A stretch of 64,000 nucleotides of DNA from Octopus sinensis (taxonomy: Eukaryota), in assembly GCF_006345805.1 (NCBI RefSeq), contig NC_043007.1, forward strand, positions 21,886,001 to 21,950,000, written 5' to 3'. A program made the position numbers and the translations under genes. Each line of letters starts with the position of its first letter. Position 1 is the first letter of the stretch. The notes beneath the pieces were generated by a model that had not been told where the DNA came from, ran no database searches, and was given only the letters and a program-made list of their open reading frames with translations. Below are positions 54,201-64,000 of this stretch, piece after piece.

Positions 54201-57200
54201 TGACAGGAGCTGGTCAACCGGAGAGCTACCCAGGCTACAATTGTCTCTCTTGATATGGTTTCTATGGTTGGATGCCCTTCCTAATGCCAACCACTTTGCA
54301 GTGTGTACTGGGTGCTCTTTAGATGACACTGACACAAGTGCTTTATATGTGCACCGGCACATGATACAAGGAACAGGCATGGGTGCCTTACATGTGGCAC
54401 TCGCATGGGTGCTTTACATGTGGCACTCGCATGGGTGCTTTATATGTGGAATTGGCATGAGTGCCTTACATGTGGGACTGGCATGGGTGCCTTACATGTG
54501 GGACTGGCATGGGTGCCTTACATGTGGCACTGGCATGAGTGCTTTACACGTGGCACTGGCATGAGTGCTTTACATGTGGCACCGTCATGGGTGCTTTACA
54601 TGTGGCACCGGCATGGGTGCTTTACATGTGCCACTGGTATGGGTGCTTCACATGTGCCACTGGCATGGATGCTTTACATGTGGCACTGGCATGGGTGCTT
54701 TACATGTGGCACTGGCATGGATGCTTTACATGTGGAACTGGCATGGGTGCTTTACACGTGGCACTGGCACGGGTGTTTTACATGTGGCATTAGCATGAGT
54801 GCTTTACATGTGGCACTAGCATGGGTGCTTTACAAGTGACACTGGCAAGGGTGCCTTGCATGTGTCACTGGCATGGGTGCTTTACATGTGGCATTGGCAT
54901 GAGTGCTTTACACGGCACTTGCATGAGTGCTTTACACGTGGCACTGGCATGGGTGCTTTACATGTGGCACTGGCATGGGTGCTTTACATGTGGCACTGGC
55001 ATGGGTGCTTTACATGTGGTACTGGCATGGGTGCTTTACACGTGCCACTGGCATGGGTGCTTTTTTCATGAAACCTGCAAAGGCGCTTCACACTGTTGGT
55101 TTAAAAAAAAGTATCTAGCCAATAAACAGGGGATTTTTAGGGGGTTGTACCTCTGAGAAACCTAAACCTTGTGTAGAATACACACCCCTTCTCTAACTTG
55201 AGTCATGCATAATTAAGCCAGCAGCACCTAGTCGAACAAACACTTCCGCGCATGCGTAATACAATAACGGTGATGTTCTTAACTGTTATATGGGAATGTA
55301 AATATGTTTGCAAATTGTTTTTGTTACATGTTATTCTGTGTTCTGAAAACTTTTATTTTAATAAATGTTGCTTACTGCAAGTTATGGATGATTCTTTTAT
55401 GACTTCATTGCTTTCAGGCTTAGCTTAAGGTATTTTTGCGCCTGGCATCACAAAATGCGTTTGAATAAAAACATTGCTGGACAGCAAATAGAGACTCGGA
55501 CATTGTTAGAAAATATTTTTCATTTTTAACCTCGTATATAGTACACACTAGGGATTTTGACCTTTAAAATTTGGGGATAATGCGGGTTAAACTCGAGGAT
55601 TTACGGTAATGGTAGTTAGTTTCAGAAAGTAGAAATTTGAGGAAAGCAGTAAAGAAGTTATTTGAATAATATGACTGAATATACAAGCAAATATGGTATT
55701 GAGAAGAATTTTTTTAAAAAATCAATAATTACCAATAATACTGAAGACAACATTTGAAGCTACTGAAACTAGTATGAAACTGAGTGTAGTTGTAGCGATG
55801 ATTACTGTCACCTTTAAGCTGAAATAGTAAGAAAAAAAAATAACGTTAAATGTAGCTGTTAATTAATATGTTAATGAGGTGGCAAGCTGGCAGAAACGTT
55901 AGCACGCTGGACGAAATGCTTAGCGGTATTTCGTCTGTCGTTACATTCTGAGTTCAAATTACGCCGAGGTATGGCACCTTAGGCAATTGTCTTCTACTAT
56001 AACCCCACACAGCCAACAAAGCCTTTTGAATGGATTTGGTTGGCAGAAACTGAAAGAAGCCTGTTGTGTGCATGTGTGTGTTGTATGTGAGTGTGTATAT
56101 ATATATACAAGGCGCAGGAGTGGTCGTGAGGTAAAGAACCTTGCTTCCCAACTATATAGTACCAGGTTCAGTCCTACTGCATGGCACCTTGAGTAAGTGT
56201 CTTCTACTATAACTTTGGGCTGATCACTTGAACTTACCTTTGTTATTACTATATATATATATATATATATATAGCTAAAACTTGAAAATCGCCATTACCA
56301 TTACGATTCTGCAATTTAAACTCCCAATTCAACTTACTTTCTTCTTCAATTTCAACTCCCGGTCGATGCCCGCAGCAAGTTCTTAAAAATTTATCTTACT
56401 ATTTTTATTCGTTGTTAGTACGTTTATTCATACATTGATAACTTGATTCGTCTTACCCATCTCATTCGCTACGAAAATTTAACCTTTTAGGCTACTTTCA
56501 AGCCTTCGCCATAACTTGATTTATCTTTCCTATCTCTCTCTCTACAAAATTTAACCTTAGGCTACCTCAAGCCGTAATCCCATCTCTTCCCATCTTTCCG
56601 CCATTGGCGGTGCGCCCGCCCCCCACCCCCACCACCAATACCGGTGAACTCTGTTCTCACCAACACCACCACCACCAATACGGTGAACACTGTTCTCACC
56701 CCCCACCACCAATACCAGTATACCCTGATCTCACCATCTACACCGGATACGCCTTACTCATCTACACCGGGTACGCCCTACTCCCTCCCCCTCCCCCCAC
56801 TACCCCTTCTCCTCATATGCTTTCACTGTGAAAAGAGAGCTGCTAGCGCCATAGCTCATCAACTGCCCACCGATCTTACGCTTCCTCCTGACACTGCCTC
56901 ATTCCGACCATCCCCTTTAGTACCCTCCCGCCTCGTAATATCCTACGTTTTTATTTCTTAGGAACCTTCACCAACCCCTTCCTGCCATCGTTCCTCCATA
57001 CCCCAACCTTCCCACTGGTTGCTCCCCTATATTACCCGCCTCAACTGGACCCCCCCTCCCCAACTCAACTCTAGAATATCTGTATTTCTTTCCTCTACCT
57101 AATTACGTTACTCAGTGACGATAAATGCTGTGACTACAAAGACCCGGGCTGCTTTCTGCAGCAATTCCACATACCCCCTACCCATTCTAAGTACCCCGGA

Positions 57201-57662
57201 TCCCCAAAGTACCCCGGACCTCGTTGCCCCCGTGCCGCTGACACGTTAAAATGCTCGAACCGATCGTGACGATGCCGGACCCTCCGGCCCCTGTGCAGGT
57301 GGCACGTAAAAAGCACCCAATCCACTCACGGAGTGGTTGGCGTTAGGAAGGGCATCCAGCCGTAGAAACTCTGCCAGATTCAGACTGGAGCCTGGTGCGG
57401 CCCCTGGCTTCCCAGACCCGGTCAAACCGTCCAACCCGTGCTAGCGCGGAAAGCGGACGTTAAACGATGATGATGATGATATATATATATATATATATAC
57501 ACGTATATATGTTGGTGCATTTATGTCCCTGTAACTTAGCAGTTCAGCAAAAGAAATTGATAGAATAAGTACCAGGCTTAAAATATAAATACTAGGGTAA
57601 ATTCATTCGACTAAAACTTCAAGCCAGTGCCCCAGCATGGTCGCAGTCTAATGACTGAAACA

Positions 57663-57727
<65 letters not shown>

Positions 57728-60700
57728 TGTGACTACTAGTGTTGGTTTGTTTACATCTATGTAATTTAACAGTTTGGCAACATTGATCAACATAAGTACT
57801 GTGGTTGATTTGTTTGATTAAAACTCGTCAAAGCAGTGCCCCAGCATGACCACTGTCCAATGACTGAAACAAGAAATAAATAAATTTTCCTTCACATTTT
57901 GCTTCTAAGTTTTGCTCTTTTATCAGGTTTGTAATGAACTCTACAAAAGCACACATCATCATCATCATTTAACGTCCGCTTTCCATGCTAGCATGGGTTG
58001 GACGATTTTGACTGAGGGCTGGTGAACCAGATGGCTGCACCAGGCTCCAATCTGATCTGGCAAGGTTTCTACAGCTGGATGCCCTTCCTAACGCCAACCA
58101 CTCCGAGAGTGTAGTCGGTGCTTTTTACGTGCCACTGGCATGATGGCCAGTCAGGTGGTACTGGCAATTACCTCGCTTGAATCTTTTTACACACGCCTCT
58201 GGCACAGGTGCCAGTAAGGCGACGTTGGTAACGTTTACGCTTGAATGGTGCCCTTTTACGTGCCACTGGCATGGAGCCAGTTGAAAACTAAACTGAATTG
58301 TGACTGATTTACTGAACGGAGCAGCAAATAGTGACATGTCGTCTCGACTAACTGTGAGACAAAAATACATCGATATTTGATACTGAAGAAAATGGTAAAA
58401 GAATAACTTACTTGTAAGACAGTTTCTGGATGTAGAGTGGTGAGGATAATTTTATCAACAGTGCCGGAAGAATATCAGCAAGCAGGATAGCCTACATAAA
58501 TAAAGGAAATATAGATGTCACTATGAATTTCCTGTCCCTTACAAATCTGTGATTGTCAGATTCTTCAGATGGGTTTGTACATTCTTTTCATTTCTACTCT
58601 AGGCACAAGGCCTGAAATTGGGAAGGGGGGTAGTCGATTAAATCAACCTCAGTATGCAACTGGTACTTAATTTATTGATCCCGAAAGGATGAAAGGCAAA
58701 GTTGACCTCGGCAGAATTAGAACTCAGAATGTAAAGACAGTTGAAATACCTATTTCTTTACTACCCACAAGGAGCTAAACATAGAGGGGACAAACAAGGA
58801 CAGACAAATGGATTAAGTTGATTATATCGACCCCAGTGTGTAACTGGTACTTATTTAATCAGCCCGAAAGGATGAAAGGCAAAGTCGACCTTGGCGGAAT
58901 TTGAACTCAGAACGTAGCGGCAGATGAAATACCGCTCGGCATTTCGCCTGGTGTGCTAATGATTCTGCCATCAAGCCATCTTGCTTTTTACATTCTATTA
59001 TTTATCAAATAGTAAAGAGAAACATAGTTTATTCAGTGGCTGGAAATAATTTCATGGAAGGCTGCAGATGGAAAAAAAACAAAAAAAATAAATAGGTGCA
59101 ATGTAGCTTGCCTCCCAGCCACATGGTTCCGGGTTCAGTCCCACTGCGTGGCACATTGGGCAGGTGTCTTCTACTATAGCCTCGGGCCGACCAAAGCCTT
59201 GTGAGTGGATTTGGTAGACAGAAACTGAAAGAAGCCTGTCGCGAGCGCACACATGCATTCCTGTCTTGGCATTGCATTCTAATTGTAAACAAATGTCACC
59301 ATCATACAAGGTGTGTTGTTCATTTGCAATTTGCCATGAAAACATGTCCGGCCTTCTGTTTCTTGTGTTCAAAGGACAAGCACGAATATTAACTTAGCTT
59401 GCAAAATAGTGAGAGTTGGGGACAGTAAGGGCATCCAACCACAGAAAAATCTACCTCTATGAAATCTGTCTGACCCATGCAAACATGAAAAAAACGATAA
59501 TGATGATGATGATGTGTTGGTAACAAAAATTTGAAAAAAATAAAGTGACTTACACCAGTTCCAATTTCATTACAAGTCAGATATTTGGTATCGGAATCCG
59601 TGGTGGCGTTGCCAAATGCACCAGACTTGAAATACAGAAAGAACAGAAATCAAAGAATAAGATAATTGTTTATTCTATTAGCTGAAATTGTAATTAAAGA
59701 CACATGATTTATATATATATATATATATATATATATGTAGGTCCCGGGTTGAGTCGGGGTTAACCACGGTAAATAAGGTACTCAATACATAGCAGAGTAA
59801 ATTAATTTATTTTATAGAAGGAGCTTCTACAGGACTAGAACTGTTTCATTCAAAAGAAATCATCAGGAAGCTTCCTGATGATTTCTTTTGAATGAAACAG
59901 TTCTAGTCCTGTAGAAGCTCCTTCTATAAAATAAATTATATATATATATATATATATATTCGTTTTGCAAGATTCCTGATGTGAAATCATGTGTTGAAAC
60001 ATATATTGTTGTATTAGGGGAAGGTCATGTTGCCAGTTTAGCCAAAAAAACACACGGACTATATATTTGGTGTTAATTTGCTTCAGCATCACATTACATT
60101 ACATTACTTTATTTTATTTTATTTAATTATTTTATTATATTCGTTCGCCAGCCTCATCTGGCACCTGTGTCGGTGGCACATAAAAAACACCATCCGAGCG
60201 TGGCCGTCTGCCAGCCTCGTCTGGCACCTGTGTCGGTGGCACATAAAAAACACCATCCGAGCGTGACCGTCTGCCAGCCTCGTCTGGCACCTGTGTCGGT
60301 GGCACATAAAATCACCCACTACACTCTCGGAGTGGTTGGCGTTAGGAAGGGCATCCAGCTGTAGAAACACTGCCAGATCTGACTGGCCTGGTGCAGCCTT
60401 CGGGCTTGCCAGACCCCAGTTGAACCATCCAACCCATGCTAGCATGGAAAGCGGACGTTAAACGATGATGATGATATATATATATTCGTTTTGCAAGATT
60501 CCTGATGTGAAATCGTGTGTTGAAACATATATTGTTGTATTTGGGGATGGTCATGTTGCCAGTTTAGCCAAAAAAACACACAGACTATATATTTGGTGTT
60601 AATTTGCTTCAGCATCACATTACATTACATTACATTACTTTATTTTATTTTATTTAATTATTTTATTATATTATTTCGTTTCATTTTATTTTTTTTATAA

Positions 60701-63666
60701 TTAATTTTATTTTATTGTATTTTATTTTATTTTATTATTTCATTTTATTTTATTATAATTTATTCTATTATATTTTTTCTTTTCTTTCATTATATTATTT
60801 CATTTTATTTTATTTTTTATTATAATTTATTTTATTTTATTTTTTATTATAATTTATTTTATTTTTTCTTTTCTTTTATTAGTTCTTTTATTTTAGTTTT
60901 TCTTTTATTTTATTTTTTCTTTTCTTTTCTTAGTTCTTTTATTTTATTTTTTATTTTATTTTATTTTTTCTTTTCTTTTATTATATCATATAAACAAGTA
61001 AACAAGTAAAAGAGTAAAGAGTAGGTTTTAGACAATGTAGAGCAACAAGTCATGCACACGCACACACACACACCACACAGAGGCAGAAAAATGTGCTATA
61101 CTAACATCATATGTAACAGACTGGTTTTTATTTTCCTTTTCTTTCAGAATATCATGAGCAGCACTCAGCATTATCACATAGGCAAAGTTATTGCACAACC
61201 CAAATATCCTGGAAAAGAATAAAATATGAAATTACATTATATATAGACACAGGAGTGGCTGTCTGGTAAGTAGCTTGCTTACCAACCACATGGTTCTGGG
61301 TTCAGTCCCACTGTGTGGCTCCTTGGGGATAGTGTCCTCTACTATAGCCTCGGGCCGACCAAAGCCTTGTGAGTGGATTTGGTAGACGGAAACTGAAAGA
61401 AGCCCGTCGTATATATGTATATATATGTATGTGTATGTGTGTTTGTGTGTCTGTGTTTGTCCCCCTAGCATTGCTTGACAACCGATGCTGGTGTGTTTAT
61501 GTCCTCGTCACTTAGCGGTTCAGCAAAAGAGACCGATAGAATAAGTACTGGGCTTACAAAGAATAAGTCCCGGGGTCGAGTTGCTCGATTAAAAGGCGGT
61601 GCTCCAGCATGGCCGCAGTCAAATGACTGAAACAAGTAAAAGAGTAATACAAATAACTGGCACCAAAAAACGGTAAAGTTTAGATTAAATGAATGGGAGG
61701 GCATCTTAAATTATCTCATATTTTTATTAAGGCTGCAACCTGGCAGGATTCTTAGAGCACAGCAGACAAAAATGCTTCATGGCATTTCTTCCAATTCTTT
61801 ACATTTCGAGAAATTACATTACACAGACAACTGGCACTAAAAAATGGTCGAGTTTAGATTAAATGAATGTGAGAGCAGTAGCAAAAATGAAATCATCTTT
61901 AACTCTTTCGTTACCAACCCGGCTGAAACCGGCTCTGGCACTGAGAACAAATGTCTTGTTTTGAATTAAAATCTTCCACCAAACCTTAGCCACAATTTAT
62001 GTTCCTAACACTAGCTGAATGATAACTAAGTTATTTTACTAAATTCTTTGTTATATTTAAAGTAATTGAAAGAACCACACAGCATCTCAAAATAAATACA
62101 ATAACGAAAGGGTTAAATATCTCAACATCATTCTTCTTATTATTATTATTAAGGTGGCTAGCTGGCAGAATCGTTAGCAGTATTTCACCTATCGCTACAT
62201 TGTGAGTTCAAATTCTGCCAAGGTCAACTTTGCCTTTCACCATCTTTGGGTTAATATACTAAGTACCAGTTGCGTACTGCGGTCAATGTAATCAACTCCT
62301 CCTCCTCCCTCAAAATTGCAGCCCTTGTGGCAAAATTTGAAACTACTATTATTATTATTAGGGTGGCGACCTCGGCGTAATTTGAACTCAGAACGTAACG
62401 GCAGACGAAATACCGCTAAGCATTTTGCCCGGCGTGCTAACGTTTCTGCCAGCTTGCCACCTCATTGGTTTTATGTCTTGTCCAAAATACTTTTAACATT
62501 TTTTTTCTATATTCACATTTCAAAAGCTTCTGCTTTGTCAGTTTTCATCAATGTCCATGTTTCTATACCATATAAAAATTTTGTTTTTCCTGCCTTTAAC
62601 CCGCCTTAACGCGGAGTATAGGCCACTTATAGCTGAATTCCACAAGGCGGCGAGCTGGCAGAAACGTTAGCACGCTGGGCGAAATGCGTAGCCGTATTTC
62701 GTCTGCCGTTACGTTCTGGGTTCAAATTCCGCCGAGGTCGACTTTGCCTTTCATCCTTTCGGAGTCGATAAATTAAGTACCTATTTCTTTACTACACAGA
62801 AGAGACAAACAAGGACAAACAGAGGGATTAAGTCGATTACATCGGCCCCAGTGCGTAACTGGTACTTATTTAATCGACCCCAAAAGGATGAAAAGCAAAG
62901 TTGACCTCGGCGGAATTTGAACTCAGAACGTAATGGCAGACGAAATACCGCTAAGCATTTCGCCCGGCGTGCTTACTGTCTCTGCCAGCTCGCCGCCTTA
63001 AGTACCATTAAGTAAATTAAGTACCATTTACGCACTGGGGTTGATGTAATCGACTTAATCCATTTGTCTGTCCTTATTTGTACCCTCTGTGTTTAGCCCC
63101 TTGTGGGTAGTAAAGAAATATAGTTGAATTCCACACACAAATATATTTTGACAGTGAAGGTGCATGGCTCACTGGTTCGAGTGTTGGGCTCACAATCATG
63201 AGGTAGTGAGTTCAATTACCATGCCGGACTGTGTGTTGTGTTCTTGAGTAAGACACTTTATTTCACATTGCTCCAGTTCACTCAGCTGTAGAAAAGAGTT
63301 ATGATGTCACAGGTGCCAAGCTGTGTTGGCCCCTTTACCTTTCCCTTGGATAACACCAACCAGTGGTATTGGTGAGAGGAGGCTGGTATGCATGGGTGAC
63401 TGGTCTTTCATAAAACAAACTTGCCCAGACTTGTGCCTCAGAGGGTAACTTTCTAGGTGGAATCCCATGGTCAGTCATTCATGACCGAAGGGGGTTTTTA
63501 CTTTACACTTTGATAGATTCAAGTAATTGGCGTGAAGTAGATTAAATACTTTAATGATAAAGACGAGAGGTTGGTGATATTGATGATAGGAAGAATTTGG
63601 CAGTTGCTTACCAAAAAGCTAAGAGATTTCTTTTATTTTCCTTCTCTTCATGCTTCATAGAATCCA
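37378..63666 (-). CDS. CLN3: Battenin (CLN3/Btn1 family lysosomal membrane protein), 14 exons in window, probably 5'-partial
   Basis: In-frame exon chain with motifs [80 protein letters not shown]. Exon sizes 72/80/86/73/144/69/56/94/141 match the human CLN3 structure as I recall it. Confidence 0.94.
38531..39140. repeat. TTAGGG-rich minisatellite in the last CLN3 intron
   Basis: About ten variable 40-75 bp units of ttaggg/gtgttaggg plus aaaagggtttctttttt-cttcag; about 200-bp higher-order duplication. Confidence 0.9.
39213..39353 (-). CDS. CLN3: CLN3 exon (MGIVAILQ...[19 protein letters not shown])
   Basis: 141 nt; EG..GG.AYVNT signature. Confidence 0.94.
41752..42170. mobile_element. Merlin-like MITE, second copy in opposite orientation
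   Basis: Same TIR; 8-bp TSD ggaaagca on both sides; internal cccctaacccta. Confidence 0.82.
42254..42347 (-). CDS. CLN3: CLN3 exon ([15 protein letters not shown]...VILQ)
   Basis: 94 nt; YQ.GVF..RSS signature. Confidence 0.94.
42560..42910. repeat. 120-bp tandem repeat, about 3 copies, from RTE 3' UTR
   Basis: cttaaaaagc...cactgtaaagtggttgg recurs at 42611, 42731, 42851. Confidence 0.85.
43164..43364. mobile_element. hAT (Charlie-like) MITE
   Basis: gagtgcttttcaaac / ggttgaaaaccacta termini; near-identical 8-bp flanks gtctagaa / gtctaaaa. Confidence 0.65.
43431..43486 (-). CDS. CLN3: CLN3 exon ([18 protein letters not shown])
   Basis: 56 nt; FELL and QYRW motifs. Confidence 0.93.
44881..44949 (-). 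CDS. CLN3: CLN3 exon ([23 protein letters not shown])
   Basis: 69 nt; AEY.INQ signature. Confidence 0.93.
47335..47387 (-). CDS. CLN3: CLN3 exon ([17 protein letters not shown])
   Basis: ctgtttccag acceptor, gtaaaa donor; phase 1 to 0; L..REK motif. Confidence 0.85.
47453..47625. repeat. Near-perfect palindrome, 86-bp arms
   Basis: Centre 47539; two mismatches. Confidence 0.92.
48972..49048 (-). CDS. CLN3: CLN3 exon ([25 protein letters not shown])
   Basis: Continues S|YF.LL as in the family; gtaagt donor; its acceptor lies in the first unit of a minisatellite. Confidence 0.85.
49038..49633. repeat. 35-bp minisatellite, 17 units, spanning a CLN3 intron/exon boundary
   Basis: Unit ggacaaagtaactggaaacaattacagtaaaaata; starts at 49038, 49074, 49109, then every 35 bp to 49599. 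Confidence 0.95.
51761..51904 (-). CDS. CLN3: CLN3 exon ([21 protein letters not shown]...IPVIFAF)
   Basis: 144 nt; WSSGTGGAG signature. Confidence 0.95.
52002..52165. repeat. Second array of the same 35-bp unit, about 4.5 copies
   Basis: Starts at 52009, 52044, 52079, 52114, 52149. Confidence 0.92.
53122..53194 (-). CDS. CLN3: CLN3 exon ([23 protein letters not shown])
   Basis: 73 nt; SSGLGE signature. Confidence 0.94.
53283..53635. repeat. Hairpin/foldback element, 172-bp arms, 9-nt loop
   Basis: 53283-53454 vs 53464-53635 reverse complements with about 4 mismatches. Confidence 0.92.
54376..55065. repeat. 26-bp minisatellite, about 26 units, from RTE 3' UTR
   Basis: Unit ggcactggcatgggtgctttacatgt, attached to an RTE-tail-like segment at about 54150-54350. 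Confidence 0.9.
55160..55608. mobile_element. Tc1/mariner (Tigger/pogo-like) MITE remnant
   Basis: Right end ctcgaggatttacgg-ta; degenerate left end cctaaaccttgtgtagaatac. Confidence 0.4.
55733..55818 (-). CDS. CLN3: CLN3 exon ([28 protein letters not shown])
   Basis: 86 nt; phase 2 to 1 bridges both neighbours; hydrophobic TM segment. Confidence 0.88.
56274..57480 (+). mobile_element. Unclassified 1.2-kb element: G-poor non-coding body plus CpG-intact RTE tail
   Basis: Bounded by (TA)n on both sides; last ~230 bp match the RTE tail. Confidence 0.5.
58412..58491 (-). CDS. CLN3: CLN3 exon ([26 protein letters not shown])
   Basis: 80 nt; LLADILP signature. Confidence 0.93.
59554..59625 (-). 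CDS. CLN3: CLN3 exon ([24 protein letters not shown])
   Basis: 72 nt; conserved CN..T motif; gtaagt donor. Confidence 0.9.
59803..59938. repeat. Perfect 136-bp palindrome with no spacer
   Basis: Centre ggaag|cttcc at 59870/59871; 68-bp arms match exactly. Confidence 0.95.
60142..60473 (+). mobile_element. RTE 3'-UTR insertion flanked by ~190-bp direct repeats
   Basis: About 59955-60141 is repeated at about 60476-60672; internal 50-bp tandem units. Confidence 0.85.
60600..60985. repeat. (TTTTA)n-like low-complexity tract
   Basis: Read directly. Confidence 0.85.
61106..61208 (-). CDS. CLN3: CLN3 exon ([21 protein letters not shown]...)
   Basis: Family signature; cttttccag acceptor, gttagt donor (donor position less certain). 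Confidence 0.9.
62645..63120. mobile_element. SINE family B (+) interrupted by an antisense copy of itself (62782-63000)
   Basis: Host breaks after aattaagtacc and resumes after the insert; aagtacc is duplicated. Confidence 0.82.
63612..63666 (-). CDS. CLN3: CLN3 exon ([17 protein letters not shown])
   Basis: ttacttcag acceptor, gtaagc donor; RNLLAFW motif completed by the next exon. Confidence 0.85.
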
Positions 63667-63741
63667 CTGAAGTAAAAGAAAATATGTCATCAGAAAAATA
63701 AGGATATTAACACAACCTCATACGCATGCACAGAAATATAC

Positions 63742-64000
63742 ACATCATCATCATCGTTTAGCATCCGCTTTCCATGCTAGCATGGGTTGGACGGTTCAAC
63801 TGGGGTCTGGGAAGCCAGAAGGCTGCACCAGGCCCAGTCTGATCTGGCAATGTTTCTACGGCTGGATGCCCTTCCTAACGCCAACCACTCCGTGAGTGTA
63901 GCTGGTGCTTTTTACGTGCCGCCAGCACAGGTGCCAGACGAGGCTAGCAAACGGCCACGATTGGATGGTGCATTTTACATGCCACTGGCACGGGGGCCAG
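63742..64000 (-). mobile_element. RTE 3'-UTR tail running off the window
   Basis: (CAT)n then cgtttagcatccgctttccatgctagc... Confidence 0.8.

Noticed and set aside
54127-55156. Cys/His/Trp-rich ORFs resembling a metal-binding repeat protein
   Set aside because: All frames are open because of the 26-bp minisatellite; no splice or homology support.
55235-55262. ETS/NRF1-like motif cacttccgcgcatgcg suggesting a promoter
   Set aside because: Lies inside an apparent MITE remnant in a CLN3 intron, with no associated first exon.

Overview
AT-rich, repeat-dense eukaryotic genomic DNA. The SINE/LINE landscape looks like a coleoid cephalopod, probably Octopus (inference). I reconstructed two spliced minus-strand genes by hand from GT-AG boundaries and phase continuity. 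(1) A class I sirtuin, SIRT3-like: 10 coding exons, 13511-32451, about 405 aa; the first exon is tentative. (2) A CLN3/battenin orthologue: 14 exons, 37378-63666; the 5' end probably lies beyond the window. The rest is mobile DNA: a defective Gypsy pol fragment, RTE and CR1 LINE fragments, many RTE 3'-UTR tails, four tRNA-headed SINE families, non-autonomous Helitrons, piggyBac/Merlin/hAT-type MITEs, minisatellites and microsatellites. Most notable: a 17-copy 35-bp minisatellite whose unit is a CLN3 splice acceptor; an intact minimal hammerhead ribozyme in Penelope-like modules; head-to-tail SINE multimers, one flanked by a single target-site duplication (TSD); long near-perfect palindromes just upstream of CLN3 acceptors; an RTE insertion flanked by ~190-bp direct repeats; a TTAGGG-rich satellite related to a MITE interior; and an unexplained 1-kb G-poor segment fused to a young RTE tail. 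Repeat coordinates are approximate; exon coordinates were counted base by base.
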